A stretch of DNA of 64,000 bases from Candidatus Latescibacterota bacterium (GTDB lineage: Bacteria; Latescibacterota; UBA2968; SICM01). A model generated the notes under the pieces. It was not told the origin of the DNA. It saw only the letters and a list, made by a program, of their open reading frames with translations, and made no database searches. Within the stretch, counting starts at the first letter, position 1. Every line of letters starts with the position of its first letter. The stretch is from positions 64,001 through 128,000 of the forward strand of contig CBDCJO010000001.1 of NCBI GenBank assembly GCA_965217865.1, written 5' to 3'. Positions 9,357 through 19,532 of the stretch are shown one piece after another. The position numbers and the translations under genes were made by a program.

Positions 9357-10565
9357 ATGAATTCGGTCCTTTATATCCTCACAGTTATTGCGATTGTCAG
9401 AACCGCACAGGCGATTGTCCAGGCCACGCGGTTCAGAAGGCTTTTCCAAAGGGCGAGGGACGAACCGGATGGGAACTTCACCCCCAAAGTCGCACTACTC
9501 GCGCCTTTCAAGGGGATGGATCCCGGCCTTCCCGACCAGCTCAGGGCTCTCCTTTCCCAGGAATATCCCGATTACGAAGTGATCTTCGTCTTGGAGTCGT
9601 CGGATGATCCCGCCGCCGGGCTGCTTCGTTCGGCGGTTGAGCGTTGCTCCGGTCATCGTTCAAAGCGGATCGCAACCGTCATCGCGGGGCCCTCCTCCGA
9701 CTGCGGGCAGAAGGTCCACAATCTCAAATCCGCCCTTCGACACGTCTCCCGGGACGTCGAAATCTATGCCTTTATCGATTCCGATGTTCTGCCCCATTCC
9801 GAATGGCTTCGCGGACTCGTGGCGCCGTTAAAGGATGAGGCGGTTGGCGTTTCAACCGGCTATCGATGGTTTCTTCCGGTTCGGGGGGGGCTTGCCTCCG
9901 GGATGTTGACCGCGTGGAACGCCCTGCCCCTCTCCCTGCTCAGCGATCCGAGATGGATATTCGCGTGGGGTGGTTCGATGGCCATTCGTCGCATGACATT
10001 CGAAGACATCGACGTATTGGGATATTGGTCAGGTTCGATAAGCGACGATTACGGCGTGACAAAGGCAGTCCGAAACGCCGGACTGAAAATCAGTTTCGTC
10101 CCCGCCTGCCTTGTCCTTTCGTTCCAGGACATGACCTGGGCCCAACTCTGGGAATTCATCTGTCGGCAATTCACCATTACCCGAATCTATGCCCCCGGTC
10201 TCTGGCGTATCGGGCTGATCTTCAGCGTGATCTACACCGGGGCCTTCTTTGTGAGCCCCCTTTTTGGGGCTATTGATTGGATGACGGCAGGTTCCGGCCT
10301 TCCCCTTTTAGTGGGATCCCTATTCCTCTGGGGGATGACAACCGTCATCGGATATCTCAGGTTGAGCACGGCCCGCCTTCGGTTTCCCGGCCATGTCCCT
10401 GCACATCGCAAGACCGCCCTCGCCCAGATTCTTGGCGGCCCTTTCCTTGCCCCGATAAATCTGTTTAGCCTCATCATCGCGGGCTTTTCTCGGAGAATTA
10501 AGTGGCGGGGAATCACTTATCATATACGGAGCGCAAGCGAAGTCTCGATCCTCGCCAGAGAGTAA
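9357..10565 (+). CDS. Glycosyltransferase, GT2/GT21 (ceramide glucosyltransferase/HpnI-like)
   Basis: PFKGMD, QKVHNL, FIDSD, WGGSM, ISDDY, RQ motifs; N- and C-terminal TM helices. Confidence 0.85.
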   Translation: MNSVLYILTVIAIVRTAQAIVQATRFRRLFQRARDEPDGNFTPKVALLAPFKGMDPGLPDQLRALLSQEYPDYEVIFVLESSDDPAAGLLRSAVERCSGHRSKRIATVIAGPSSDCGQKVHNLKSALRHVSRDVEIYAFIDSDVLPHSEWLRGLVAPLKDEAVGVSTGYRWFLPVRGGLASGMLTAWNALPLSLLSDPRWIFAWGGSMAIRRMTFEDIDVLGYWSGSISDDYGVTKAVRNAGLKISFVPACLVLSFQDMTWAQLWEFICRQFTITRIYAPGLWRIGLIFSVIYTGAFFVSPLFGAIDWMTAGSGLPLLVGSLFLWGMTTVIGYLRLSTARLRFPGHVPAHRKTALAQILGGPFLAPINLFSLIIAGFSRRIKWRGITYHIRSASEVSILARE

Positions 10566-10631
10566 ACGTGAATCATCTTCAGCCTCTGAGAGGATTCAAC
10601 CTTTTATCACCTAATTTTGGTGCGAGCTTTT

Positions 10632-11792
10632 ATGAAACCATTGAACCTGCTTCCTGAGCTGAGCCTACCGATTCTCGGAAGCAAGGCCTTCAACATGCTC
10701 ATCTTCTTTGTCACCTCCCGGTGCAACGCCGTCTGCCGGACTTGTTTCTACTGGGACAGCCTCAACCAACAGGGTGATCTCAGTTTCGCTGAGATCCGCC
10801 GGATCTCAGCCACCATGCCTCAATTCACAGATCTCTGGCTTTCGGGGGGAGAGCCGACCCTGAGGGAGGAGCTTGTCGAAATCATCGATCTCTTCTGCAC
10901 CAATAATCGGGTCTCCACAGTCCGTCTCCCCACAAATGGTCTCTTGGCCGACCGGCTCGTTGATATCGTCGAGGAGGTCTTCGCGCGCCATCCGGGATTG
11001 ACCTTCCATATCAACTTGGCGTTGGACGGCTACGGAGAGACGCACGATCGGATCCGGGGGGTCCCCGGAAATTTTGACAAGGCATCTGAGAGCATTCGGA
11101 AGCTTTCGGTTCTGAGGTCTCGATATCCCAGCTTCTTTCTTTTTGTGAATTCGGTAATCTGCAAAGAGAATCACCACCAGTTGATCGAATTGGGCGACTT
11201 CATCAGGGACAATTTTGATGTGGATGGCCATTACTTCCAGATCATACGCGGTAACGCGATGGAAAAGGGCTTGTTGAACGTCCCCCTGGAAAGCTTGAAA
11301 GCAATCTATCGGAACGCGATGACCCTGAACCGCCACTATCTCGCCCGGACGCGTCAGAAACCCCCGGGATTTCCGCGTTCCGTCTTCGAGCCCTTTTATC
11401 TGGGCACTTATCTCTTCACACTCGAAACTCAATTCGACAACGCGGCCAGTAACCAGCGCTGGGCAATGCCCTGCCTCGCCGGAACCACCTCAGCAGCCCT
11501 CGATTTCGACGGAAAACTCCGCATCTGCGAACTTCGGGAGCCCGTTGGAAACCTTCGCGACTACGACTGCGACTTCAACCGGCTCTGGGAATCGAAGATG
11601 ATGAAGGATGAAGTAACCCAGATGCGAAAGGACAAGTGCGATTGCACCCACATCTGCTTTATGTACAACAGCCTGAAATCCAGCCCCCGGGCAACATTCT
11701 GGGAAATTCCGAAGCGCTATCTGAAATTCAGAGCGCACAAAGAACAATTCTCGTGGCTGGGAAATGGGGGAAAACAGCTGCAGTCTGAGTGA
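10632..11792 (+). CDS. Radical SAM protein with C-terminal SPASM/twitch-like domain
   Basis: CNAVCRTC, SGGEP, C-terminal C...C...CDCTHIC. Confidence 0.88.
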   Translation: MKPLNLLPELSLPILGSKAFNMLIFFVTSRCNAVCRTCFYWDSLNQQGDLSFAEIRRISATMPQFTDLWLSGGEPTLREELVEIIDLFCTNNRVSTVRLPTNGLLADRLVDIVEEVFARHPGLTFHINLALDGYGETHDRIRGVPGNFDKASESIRKLSVLRSRYPSFFLFVNSVICKENHHQLIELGDFIRDNFDVDGHYFQIIRGNAMEKGLLNVPLESLKAIYRNAMTLNRHYLARTRQKPPGFPRSVFEPFYLGTYLFTLETQFDNAASNQRWAMPCLAGTTSAALDFDGKLRICELREPVGNLRDYDCDFNRLWESKMMKDEVTQMRKDKCDCTHICFMYNSLKSSPRATFWEIPKRYLKFRAHKEQFSWLGNGGKQLQSE

Positions 11793-11914
11793 CAGAACAT
11801 ACGATTCTATTTATTTCCAACCGATACTGCCACTGCTACTGCCTTTTCCCGTCTCACGTCTCCCGATTTCACGTTTGACGGTCTTTCGTCAATCTTCAAT
11901 ATTAAATTTCTTAG

Positions 11915-12853
11915 ATGACCGCCTTTCTTTTCCATCCCGACTGTCTGAGACACGATGCGGGCCCCAATCACCCGGAGCGTCCGGATCGATTGCGGGCTAT
12001 CCTTCGTCAGGTTGAATCAAGCGGGCTTTCGGATCGCCTCCTTAAAATCTCACCTGAAAAAGCGGATGTCGAATGGATCCGAGAAATTCATGAACCCGGC
12101 TACATCCAACACGTGGAAGAGACTTCCAGGCAGGGGGGTGGTTGTTTCGACGGTGATACGTTTGCCTCCTCGGCCTCTTACGACGCAGCCCTTTACGGCG
12201 CAGGGGCCGCGCTGATGGCAGTCGACACCGTGATCTCCGGAGAGGCTTCCAACGCCGTGTGTGCCATACGGCCTCCCGGCCATCACGCCGAACGGGATCG
12301 GGCCATGGGCTTCTGCCTTTTCAATAACGTCGCAATCGCAGCCCGCTATGCCCAGAAGAGACACGGTCTGGAAAGGGTGATGATAATCGATTGGGACGTT
12401 CATCACGGCAACGGCACACAACACGCTTTTGAAGACGACCCTTCCGTTTTCTTTTTCAGCACACATCAATACCCGTTCTATCCCGGCACAGGTGGGCCGT
12501 TTGAGATTGGGACCGGTTCTGGGGAGGGCTTTGTCCTGAACGTTCCGCTGCCCGCTGGCAGTGGAGACGATGAATACGAATCCGTATTCCGGAAGAAGTT
12601 ACGCCCCAAAGCAGACGCGTTCCGGCCTGAGCTGGTCCTCGTTTCTGCGGGGTTCGACGCCCACCAAGACGATCCCCTTGCGTCGATGAGCCTAACCGAA
12701 AGGGGTTTTGAAGTGATGACCAAGACCGTAAAAGGCATCGCTGCGGACCATTCAGAAGGACGCCTCGTTTCCCTCCTGGAAGGGGGTTACGATCTCAATG
12801 CACTCGCAAGATCCGTCGAAGTCCATATCCGCGCCTTGATGGAAAAGCCGTGA
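11915..12853 (+). CDS. Histone deacetylase family protein
   Basis: HPERPDRL, RPPGHHA, DWDVHHGNGTQ, SAGFDAH, LEGGY. Confidence 0.95.
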   Translation: MTAFLFHPDCLRHDAGPNHPERPDRLRAILRQVESSGLSDRLLKISPEKADVEWIREIHEPGYIQHVEETSRQGGGCFDGDTFASSASYDAALYGAGAALMAVDTVISGEASNAVCAIRPPGHHAERDRAMGFCLFNNVAIAARYAQKRHGLERVMIIDWDVHHGNGTQHAFEDDPSVFFFSTHQYPFYPGTGGPFEIGTGSGEGFVLNVPLPAGSGDDEYESVFRKKLRPKADAFRPELVLVSAGFDAHQDDPLASMSLTERGFEVMTKTVKGIAADHSEGRLVSLLEGGYDLNALARSVEVHIRALMEKP

Positions 12854-12898
12854 AGCGTATTTCACCAGGGACGAAAACCGCCTCTCCGTTCACGATTC

Positions 12899-13762
12899 AT
12901 GGGGGTAAATAAATTGAAAAGAACCATCGCTTTTCAGGGTGAACTGGGGGCTTATAGTGAACTCGCGGCCAGGGAGTTCTTCCGGGCGGACCTTGAGGTG
13001 ATCCCCAGGCCGACATTCGAGGATGTATTCTCATCCGTCGGTTCAGGGAAATGCGATCGAGGCATTATCCCCATCGAAAATTCCCTCGCAGGCAGCATAC
13101 ATCAGAACTACGACCTTCTCCTCAAGCAACGTCTTCATATCATCGGGGAGATCAAGCTCCGGATTGTTCATACCCTCATCGTAAACCCCGGTGTGAAGCT
13201 TTCGGACTTGCTCCGGATCTACTCCCACCCTCAGGCGCTTGCACAGTGCGACCGGTTTATCAGATCTCTGAAACGGGTCGAGGCCGTGCCCGTCTATGAC
13301 ACCGCCGGTGCCGTCAAGATGATCAAAGAGGACGGCGTCCGCGACGGAGCGGCCATCGCAAGTGCACAAGCGGCAGCCGACTACGGGTTGAAAATCCTGA
13401 AGACAGCGATCGAAAGTGATCATCAGAATTTCACCCGGTTCCTGATCCTTTCCAGGAAGCGGGCCCCGAGGACGGAAAACGCGAAGACATCCATCGTCTT
13501 TGCAACCAAGAATGTCCCCGGCGCCCTGTTTAAGAGCCTCAGCGTCTTCTCCCTGCGGGACATCAACCTGCTCAAGATCGAATCACGTCCGATCAGAGGA
13601 AAACCGTGGGAGTATTTTTTCTATCTCGATTTCGAAGGCAATTTTAAAGACCGGGATTGCGCCAGGGCCCTCGAACACTTGAAAGAGATTTCCTCCTCCG
13701 TCCGCGTGCTCGGTTCCTACGAAAAAGGGCGGGAGGCCGACGAGCGGGTGCACAAGCGTTAG
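12899..13762 (+). CDS. pheA: Prephenate dehydratase with ACT domain
   Basis: AFQGELGAYSE, PIENS, SHPQALAQC, NFTRF, KIESRP. Confidence 0.95.
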   Translation: MGVNKLKRTIAFQGELGAYSELAAREFFRADLEVIPRPTFEDVFSSVGSGKCDRGIIPIENSLAGSIHQNYDLLLKQRLHIIGEIKLRIVHTLIVNPGVKLSDLLRIYSHPQALAQCDRFIRSLKRVEAVPVYDTAGAVKMIKEDGVRDGAAIASAQAAADYGLKILKTAIESDHQNFTRFLILSRKRAPRTENAKTSIVFATKNVPGALFKSLSVFSLRDINLLKIESRPIRGKPWEYFFYLDFEGNFKDRDCARALEHLKEISSSVRVLGSYEKGREADERVHKR

Positions 13763-13778
13763 ACCGAAGAATGGAAGG

Positions 13779-14723
13779 ATGAAAATGCTTGCAGATGAGC
13801 AACTTGAGTTTTTTCGCAGGGAAGGTTACCTGATTGCGAAGAAGATCATCAGCGAACCCTTCATCTTCGACCTGCAAAAGGATATCGAATACGTGATCGA
13901 CGCACAGGCGAAGACTCTTAAGGCCGATGGAAAGATCGAGGATCTCTACGAAGACCTCGACTTTCTCCACAGGGCCGCGCAGCTCCATAAGCAGTCCCCG
14001 GAAATCCTTTCCCCCCTCAACCTTTACGCGGGGGTGGGCATCTTTCGGTTGATCACCTGTCCCGATCTCTTGGAGGTCGTGGAACAGCTCCTCGGACCCG
14101 AGATTGTCGCTTCCAGCGTATTCCGAATGCGCCCCAAGCTCCCGCATCGGCCGGAAGGGATCGTCCCCTGGCATCAGGATTCCGGCTACTTCGACCCCTG
14201 TGGAGATAACCACCTGATCGTCACAGCCTGGATGCCACTTATGAACGCCACGGTGGAAACCGGCTGCATGGAAGTCCTTCCGCAAAGCCACCGTCACGGC
14301 GTCCTTCGGCACTACTGGGCCGAGACATCCGCGCCCAGCCTGAGCGTCCATCCGGATCACATGCCCGGGACCGACCCGGTGCCAGTACCGGCGGATGTCG
14401 GAGACGTCGTGCTGATGACCAATCTGACCTGCCACCGTTCGACAGGGAACGTTTCCGGCCTGATCCGCTGGGCAACGGACATCCGATACAACGCCCCTGA
14501 AGCGGGCGACTATTATCCGTGGGAAGCTGAATTTGTCGCCCGAAGCCCATCTCACCCTGAAAAAGTGGTCTCCGATCCGGAGGCGTTCGAGCGAATCCGG
14601 ACCGAGCACAAGAGACCGACCGGATCTAACCGCAAACGTCCGTGGTTAAAACAAAAGGAAGAGACCTTCATGGAGCCGCCTCAGGTCTGGGTAATTCCCG
14701 CCGACAAGCCCGAGATCTCTTGA
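13779..14723 (+). CDS. Phytanoyl-CoA dioxygenase (PhyH) family protein
   Basis: F.REGY, PWHQD, TAWMPL, GCM.VLPQSH, HRS..N. Confidence 0.9.
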   Translation: MKMLADEQLEFFRREGYLIAKKIISEPFIFDLQKDIEYVIDAQAKTLKADGKIEDLYEDLDFLHRAAQLHKQSPEILSPLNLYAGVGIFRLITCPDLLEVVEQLLGPEIVASSVFRMRPKLPHRPEGIVPWHQDSGYFDPCGDNHLIVTAWMPLMNATVETGCMEVLPQSHRHGVLRHYWAETSAPSLSVHPDHMPGTDPVPVPADVGDVVLMTNLTCHRSTGNVSGLIRWATDIRYNAPEAGDYYPWEAEFVARSPSHPEKVVSDPEAFERIRTEHKRPTGSNRKRPWLKQKEETFMEPPQVWVIPADKPEIS

Positions 14724-14775
14724 ATCCGCGGTCCTCTTGGGCCTCGTTGATCCTTCTTGATCGGAAGGCCGAATA

Positions 14776-15141
14776 ATGCTTTTCCCCTTCCTCGCCGACG
14801 CCGTCGTGATGATCCATCTCTGGTTTGTCGCCTTCACTCTCATGGGCGGCCTTCTGATGGTATGGTGGAATCGAATCGCCTGGATTCACATCCCCGCGGT
14901 CCTGTGGGCCACGACTGTCGAGTTGATGGGTTGGACCTGTCCCCTGACCCCGCTTGAAAACTGGCTCCGCACGAAGGGTGGACTTCCCGGTTATGGATCG
15001 AGCTTTGTCGAGGAATATATTGTCCCCCTGCTCTATCCCGGGGGTATGACAAGAAGGACCCAATTAATCCTCGGAGCCGCGGTATTGGCCGTTAGCCTGG
15101 GGATCTACAGTTGGATCTATTCGAAAAGGGAACAAACTTGA
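14776..15141 (+). CDS. DUF2784 family membrane protein
   Basis: LAD.V...H..FV, WTCPLTPLENWLR, F...YI.P.LYP. Confidence 0.85.
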   Translation: MLFPFLADAVVMIHLWFVAFTLMGGLLMVWWNRIAWIHIPAVLWATTVELMGWTCPLTPLENWLRTKGGLPGYGSSFVEEYIVPLLYPGGMTRRTQLILGAAVLAVSLGIYSWIYSKREQT

Positions 15142-16595
15142 ATCACCCGGATCCCGCAATCGCAAAAGCGATGAAAGCGATGGAGGCCACGGCCCCCACG
15201 GCTGATGCCGATCCCACCCGGCCCATCTATCATTTCCGCCCCCCTGCCGGCTGGATGAACGACGTCAACGGCCCCCTTTTTCACAAGGGATACTTCCACA
15301 TCTTCTATCAGCTCAACCCATATGACGTCATATTGAAACACGTCCATTGGGGGCATGCCCGAAGCAGGGACCTGGTCACCTGGGAGCATCTTCCGATCGC
15401 CCTTGCCCCGGATGTGGAAGGCGGTGAAGTCCACTGCGCCTCCGGCACCGCCTGCTTCAACCGCCGGGATGAGCCGATGATCTTTTACACCCGTTTCACG
15501 CCGGACCCGACGGTGGAACCCTATGATCAACGCGCGGCACTTGGTGACGAAGACCTGATCCGATGGAAAAAACATCCCACAAATCCGATCCTCAGCCTCA
15601 AGTCCCACGGCGAACCCGATTTTTCCTACAAGTGGCGGGATCCCTTCGTTTTCGAGCAGGATGGCCGGACTTTCATGATTGTCGGCGCCGCGGAGGCGGG
15701 AACCCCTATCTATGAGGCTCAAGACAAAGGATTCATCCAATGGGCCTACCGGGGATTGATGTCGAACGTGAGTGCCGAGTGCCCCAATTTTGTCCGGCTG
15801 GGGGACGAATGGATGTTGATTACCTCCCCTTGGAACCCGGTCGAATACCACATCGGTTCATTCGATCTGAAGAACCTGACATTCGAGCCGCGGAGCAGCG
15901 GTCGGATCGAAGACGCGGGGATCTTTTACGGCACCAATCTCCTTTTTGACCTGCGGGAACGTTGCATCTTCCTTGGACGGTTCCTCGGATTCGAGGATGG
16001 CCGGGCGTGGAACGGGTGCATGGCCCTTCCCCGGATCCTCTCGATCGGTCCCGACGGCCGTCCGAGGCAGGTACCCTTGCCGGAACTCGAAATTTTACGC
16101 AGTGAGTCCTTCTCCAGAAGCGATATCGGCCTGTCCGACGAATTTCGGGTGATCGAAGAGATCGAGGGGGACACCCTGGAGATTCTCTCCGAGTTCGAGC
16201 CGGGGGATGCGAAAAGCATCGGTCTGGAGGTCCGACGGTCGGGGGATGGCAAACGCGCGATCACCGTCAGGTACGAAGACGGAAAGATCGACATTGCTGG
16301 CCCCCCCGGGTCCCTAATTTTCGTCCAACCTGGGGATGAAGGTGGGCGTGGCAGGAAGATCCGGTCTTCCAGATTCGATTTTCCCTTCAAACGGAACCCG
16401 GATGAAAAAACCTTGAAACTCCACGTTTTTTTGGATCGGTCTGTGATGGAAGTCTTCGTCAACGACGGACGATCCGTGGCAACCCCGATCATCTACCCAA
16501 ATGAAGGCGATCTGGGTCTGGCCGTCTTCGCCCGGGGTGGGACCGCCCGACTGCGATCCTTGAGCGCGTGGAAGATGAAGTCAATCTGGTCGTGA
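15138..16595 (+). CDS. Glycoside hydrolase family 32
   Basis: WMNDVNG, HWGHA, RDP, ECP catalytic motifs plus C-terminal DRSVMEVFVN; start uncertain (15111-15171). Confidence 0.92.
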   Translation: MNHPDPAIAKAMKAMEATAPTADADPTRPIYHFRPPAGWMNDVNGPLFHKGYFHIFYQLNPYDVILKHVHWGHARSRDLVTWEHLPIALAPDVEGGEVHCASGTACFNRRDEPMIFYTRFTPDPTVEPYDQRAALGDEDLIRWKKHPTNPILSLKSHGEPDFSYKWRDPFVFEQDGRTFMIVGAAEAGTPIYEAQDKGFIQWAYRGLMSNVSAECPNFVRLGDEWMLITSPWNPVEYHIGSFDLKNLTFEPRSSGRIEDAGIFYGTNLLFDLRERCIFLGRFLGFEDGRAWNGCMALPRILSIGPDGRPRQVPLPELEILRSESFSRSDIGLSDEFRVIEEIEGDTLEILSEFEPGDAKSIGLEVRRSGDGKRAITVRYEDGKIDIAGPPGSLIFVQPGDEGGRGRKIRSSRFDFPFKRNPDEKTLKLHVFLDRSVMEVFVNDGRSVATPIIYPNEGDLGLAVFARGGTARLRSLSAWKMKSIWS

Positions 16596-16817
16596 TTCGT
16601 GATTCGTGATTCGTGATTCGTGATTCGTGATTCGTGATTCGTGATTCGTGATTCGTGATTCGTGATTCGTGATTCGTGATTCGTGATTCGTGATTCGTGA
16701 TTCGTGATTCGTGATTCGTGATTCGTGATTCGTGATTCGTGATTCGTGATTCGTGATTCGTGATTCGTGATTCGTGATTCGTGATTCGTGATTCGTGATT
16801 CGTGATTCGTGATTCGT
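16590..16817. repeat. Perfect heptamer tandem array (TCGTGAT), 32 full copies plus 4 nt
   Basis: Direct reading: 228 nt with no visible interruption. Confidence 0.97.
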
Positions 16818-16924
16818 TAAAAATCGATGCGAATTTTTTGAGGAATAGTCAAAGGTTTTTGAATGGATTCAGATTAGTGGCTTTTCCGAACCACGATCCA
16901 CGGCCTTTCCAATCCCCGGATTTC

Positions 16925-18508
16925 ATGATATCAGCTCTTTCTATAATCATCATCGGCGCGGGCCACAATGGACTGGTGGCAGCCAACTACCTCGCTATGG
17001 CCGGGGCCAGGGTCACACTGCTCGAGCGGCGGGAATTCGTCGGTGGGGCCTGCATCACCGAGGAGCTTTTTCCCGGATTCCGGGTCTCCTCCTGTTCATA
17101 CGTGTGTCACATCCTCCAGGGAAAGGTCATCGACGATCTGGAGATCAGGAAGCACGGTTTTGAAATCCATTCGCTGAACCCCTCCCGCTTTCATCCTTTT
17201 CCGGATGGCCATCACATCCTGACGTGGCAGGATCATGAACGCAACGTCGAGGAGATCCGTCGGATCGCACCGGGGGATCTCGATGGATATCGCAAATGGA
17301 CCGAGTTCTGGAAAAGAGCATCCGGAATCCTTTACCGTTACTTCCTGACCGATCCTCCCACCCTGGCCGAGGTGGCAGGCGCCGTCATGGGCACTCCGGA
17401 TGAAGAGGTATTCGAACGGATGCTCACAGGCAACATGAAGGACCTGGTCCATGAACACTTCGGCTCCGAATTACTCCGGGCATCCTTCATCGAAGCCCAC
17501 GATTCGGGAGATGTCAGGGCGCCGGGGAGCATCATGGCGGTCGCATACATCAAATGCAATCAATTCACGGAACCTGGAAATCTTGGAATACCTGTGGGAG
17601 GAATGGGGGGAATCACTCAGGCCCTCGAAAAGGCGGCCCGGGCCAGGAATGTGCGGATCAGGACAGGGGTGGAAGTCGAACGGATTTCGATCCAGAACGA
17701 AAAAGCCACAGGCGTGGTTCTCGTCGGCGGAGAAAGGCTTGAGGCGGACGTCATCCTTTCCAATGCCGACCCCAAGCGAACATTCCTGACCCTCTTGGAC
17801 GGGACCGCAGTGGAGCCGGGGTTTAAAGACCGCATCCGGCGGTTGAAAACCGAGGTCTCCTGCCTGAAATTCCACTGTTCCCTTCGGGAGTTGCCCGATT
17901 TCTCAAGTTATCTCGGACCGAATCACGACCCCCAACTCCTTGGGTATATACGGATATGTCCCTCGGTTTCTTATTTCGAGAACAGTTGGCTCGAAGCGCG
18001 CGGCGGTGCGCCTTCCAGCCACCCGATCATGGCTATCCAGATCCCTTCTGTCTACGATACCACACTCACCCCGCCGGGGAAGCACGTCATGTCCATCTGG
18101 TCACTCTACGCACCGGTTCATCTGGCCGAAGGGACCTGGGACGATGCTAAGCGGCGTGTGGGCGAACAGCTCATCGAAGTCATAGCTCAATATGCTCCGA
18201 ACATCCGGGAGGCCATCATCGACTGGGAACTTTTTACGCCCCTGGATCTTGAACGCCGAGTGTATCTGACCGACGGGAACATCCGTCACCTGGATATCAT
18301 TCCGGGCCAGATGCTCGCTCAGCGCCCGAACCGCGAACTATCAGGCTACAGGACCCCAGTGGCCGGCTTATACCTCTGCGGGGCGGGAACCCATCCGGGT
18401 GGCGAGGTCACGGGGGCACCGGGCCATAACGCGGCCAGGGCGGTAATGCGGGATTTTAATATCGCACACAAGACCCTTCTGGATCCTGCTCCTGAACATA
18501 TTGCTTAA
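16925..18508 (+). CDS. FAD-dependent oxidoreductase, phytoene dehydrogenase-like
   Basis: IIGAGHNGLVAA, GGMG, GLYLCGAGTHPGGEVTGAPGHNAA; start placed at ATG 16925. Confidence 0.9.
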   Translation: MISALSIIIIGAGHNGLVAANYLAMAGARVTLLERREFVGGACITEELFPGFRVSSCSYVCHILQGKVIDDLEIRKHGFEIHSLNPSRFHPFPDGHHILTWQDHERNVEEIRRIAPGDLDGYRKWTEFWKRASGILYRYFLTDPPTLAEVAGAVMGTPDEEVFERMLTGNMKDLVHEHFGSELLRASFIEAHDSGDVRAPGSIMAVAYIKCNQFTEPGNLGIPVGGMGGITQALEKAARARNVRIRTGVEVERISIQNEKATGVVLVGGERLEADVILSNADPKRTFLTLLDGTAVEPGFKDRIRRLKTEVSCLKFHCSLRELPDFSSYLGPNHDPQLLGYIRICPSVSYFENSWLEARGGAPSSHPIMAIQIPSVYDTTLTPPGKHVMSIWSLYAPVHLAEGTWDDAKRRVGEQLIEVIAQYAPNIREAIIDWELFTPLDLERRVYLTDGNIRHLDIIPGQMLAQRPNRELSGYRTPVAGLYLCGAGTHPGGEVTGAPGHNAARAVMRDFNIAHKTLLDPAPEHIA

Positions 18509-18569
18509 GGAGTTGTCACGGTGCGGGGCGCTCCGCCGCTGCCAGGACATAGCTGAGTAAGAAACCCCC

Positions 18570-19493
18570 ATGGAGAAAAAAGTTGATGTCGTCGGGCTCG
18601 GAATTAGTGTGGTCGATTATCTTGGCATCGTCCCCTTCCATCCGAAGATCGACTCCAGGATGCAATTGCTCGATTTTACCGTGACCGGCGGGGGGACCGT
18701 CGGTACCGCCCTTGTGACACTCGCCAGGTTAGGCGCCTCGACAAGCTTTGTGGGAAAGATCGGCGACGATGATTTTGGCAGATTCTTTCTCAAAAGTCTT
18801 ACATCCGAAGGCGTCGATACGGACCACCTGTTAATCCAGGAAGGGGGTACCTGTCCATTCTCCTTTATCATCGTAGACAGGGATTCCGGGAAGCGGACAA
18901 TACTCTGGTCGGAGAACGACGCCCCTTTGCTGGGCCCCGAAGAATTGAATGAAGAGCAACTGCTGTCCGGGACGTTTCTGTATCTGGATGAATACAACCT
19001 GGAAACCGCGATCCCGGCAGCTCGGATCGCGAAGGATGGCGGCGTGACTATCGTCCTGGATGCCGAGAGCACGAGTCCCGGAATGGAAACCCTGCTTCCT
19101 CTCGTAGATGTCCTGATTGCATCCAGCAACTTCGCCAGAGACTACAGTGGACTCGATGATTTTTCGGAAGGAAGCGCGACTCTAATCCGGGACATGAAAG
19201 ACAAACGGGTATGTGTTACAGGAGGTGAAAAGGGTTGTATTTGTTCCTTCAACGGGGAATCCTTCCATCAGAAAGCCTTCGAGCTCCAGGTGGTGGATAC
19301 CACCGGGTGCGGTGATGTTTTCCACGGAGCGTTCATCTACGGGCTTTTAAAAAAATGGGATTTAAGGATGATTGCAGAATTTTCCTGCGCCGTTGCAGGA
19401 CTCAAGTGCAGGTCTTTGGGCGGAAGGGACGGAATCCCATACCTGGACGAGGTTGAAAGATTCCTGGCAGAGAAAAGACCGATGAAACGTTAG
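18570..19493 (+). CDS. PfkB family carbohydrate kinase
   Basis: GG..GTA...ARLG, GKIGDDDFG, VVDTTGCGDVFHG. Confidence 0.93.
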   Translation: MEKKVDVVGLGISVVDYLGIVPFHPKIDSRMQLLDFTVTGGGTVGTALVTLARLGASTSFVGKIGDDDFGRFFLKSLTSEGVDTDHLLIQEGGTCPFSFIIVDRDSGKRTILWSENDAPLLGPEELNEEQLLSGTFLYLDEYNLETAIPAARIAKDGGVTIVLDAESTSPGMETLLPLVDVLIASSNFARDYSGLDDFSEGSATLIRDMKDKRVCVTGGEKGCICSFNGESFHQKAFELQVVDTTGCGDVFHGAFIYGLLKKWDLRMIAEFSCAVAGLKCRSLGGRDGIPYLDEVERFLAEKRPMKR

Positions 19494-19532
19494 TTTGGAG
19501 GGCAACGAGAGGTATCTTTTCAGGGAGGACCA

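Noticed and set aside
16590-16817. Possible CRISPR array or repeat-protein gene
   Set aside because: Pure 7-mer with no spacers and no cas genes; + strand has stops in all frames and the ORF track shows no minus-strand ORF
16802-16924. Track start of the oxidoreductase
   Set aside because: GTG comes from the repeat; the FAD-binding motif begins just after ATG 16925
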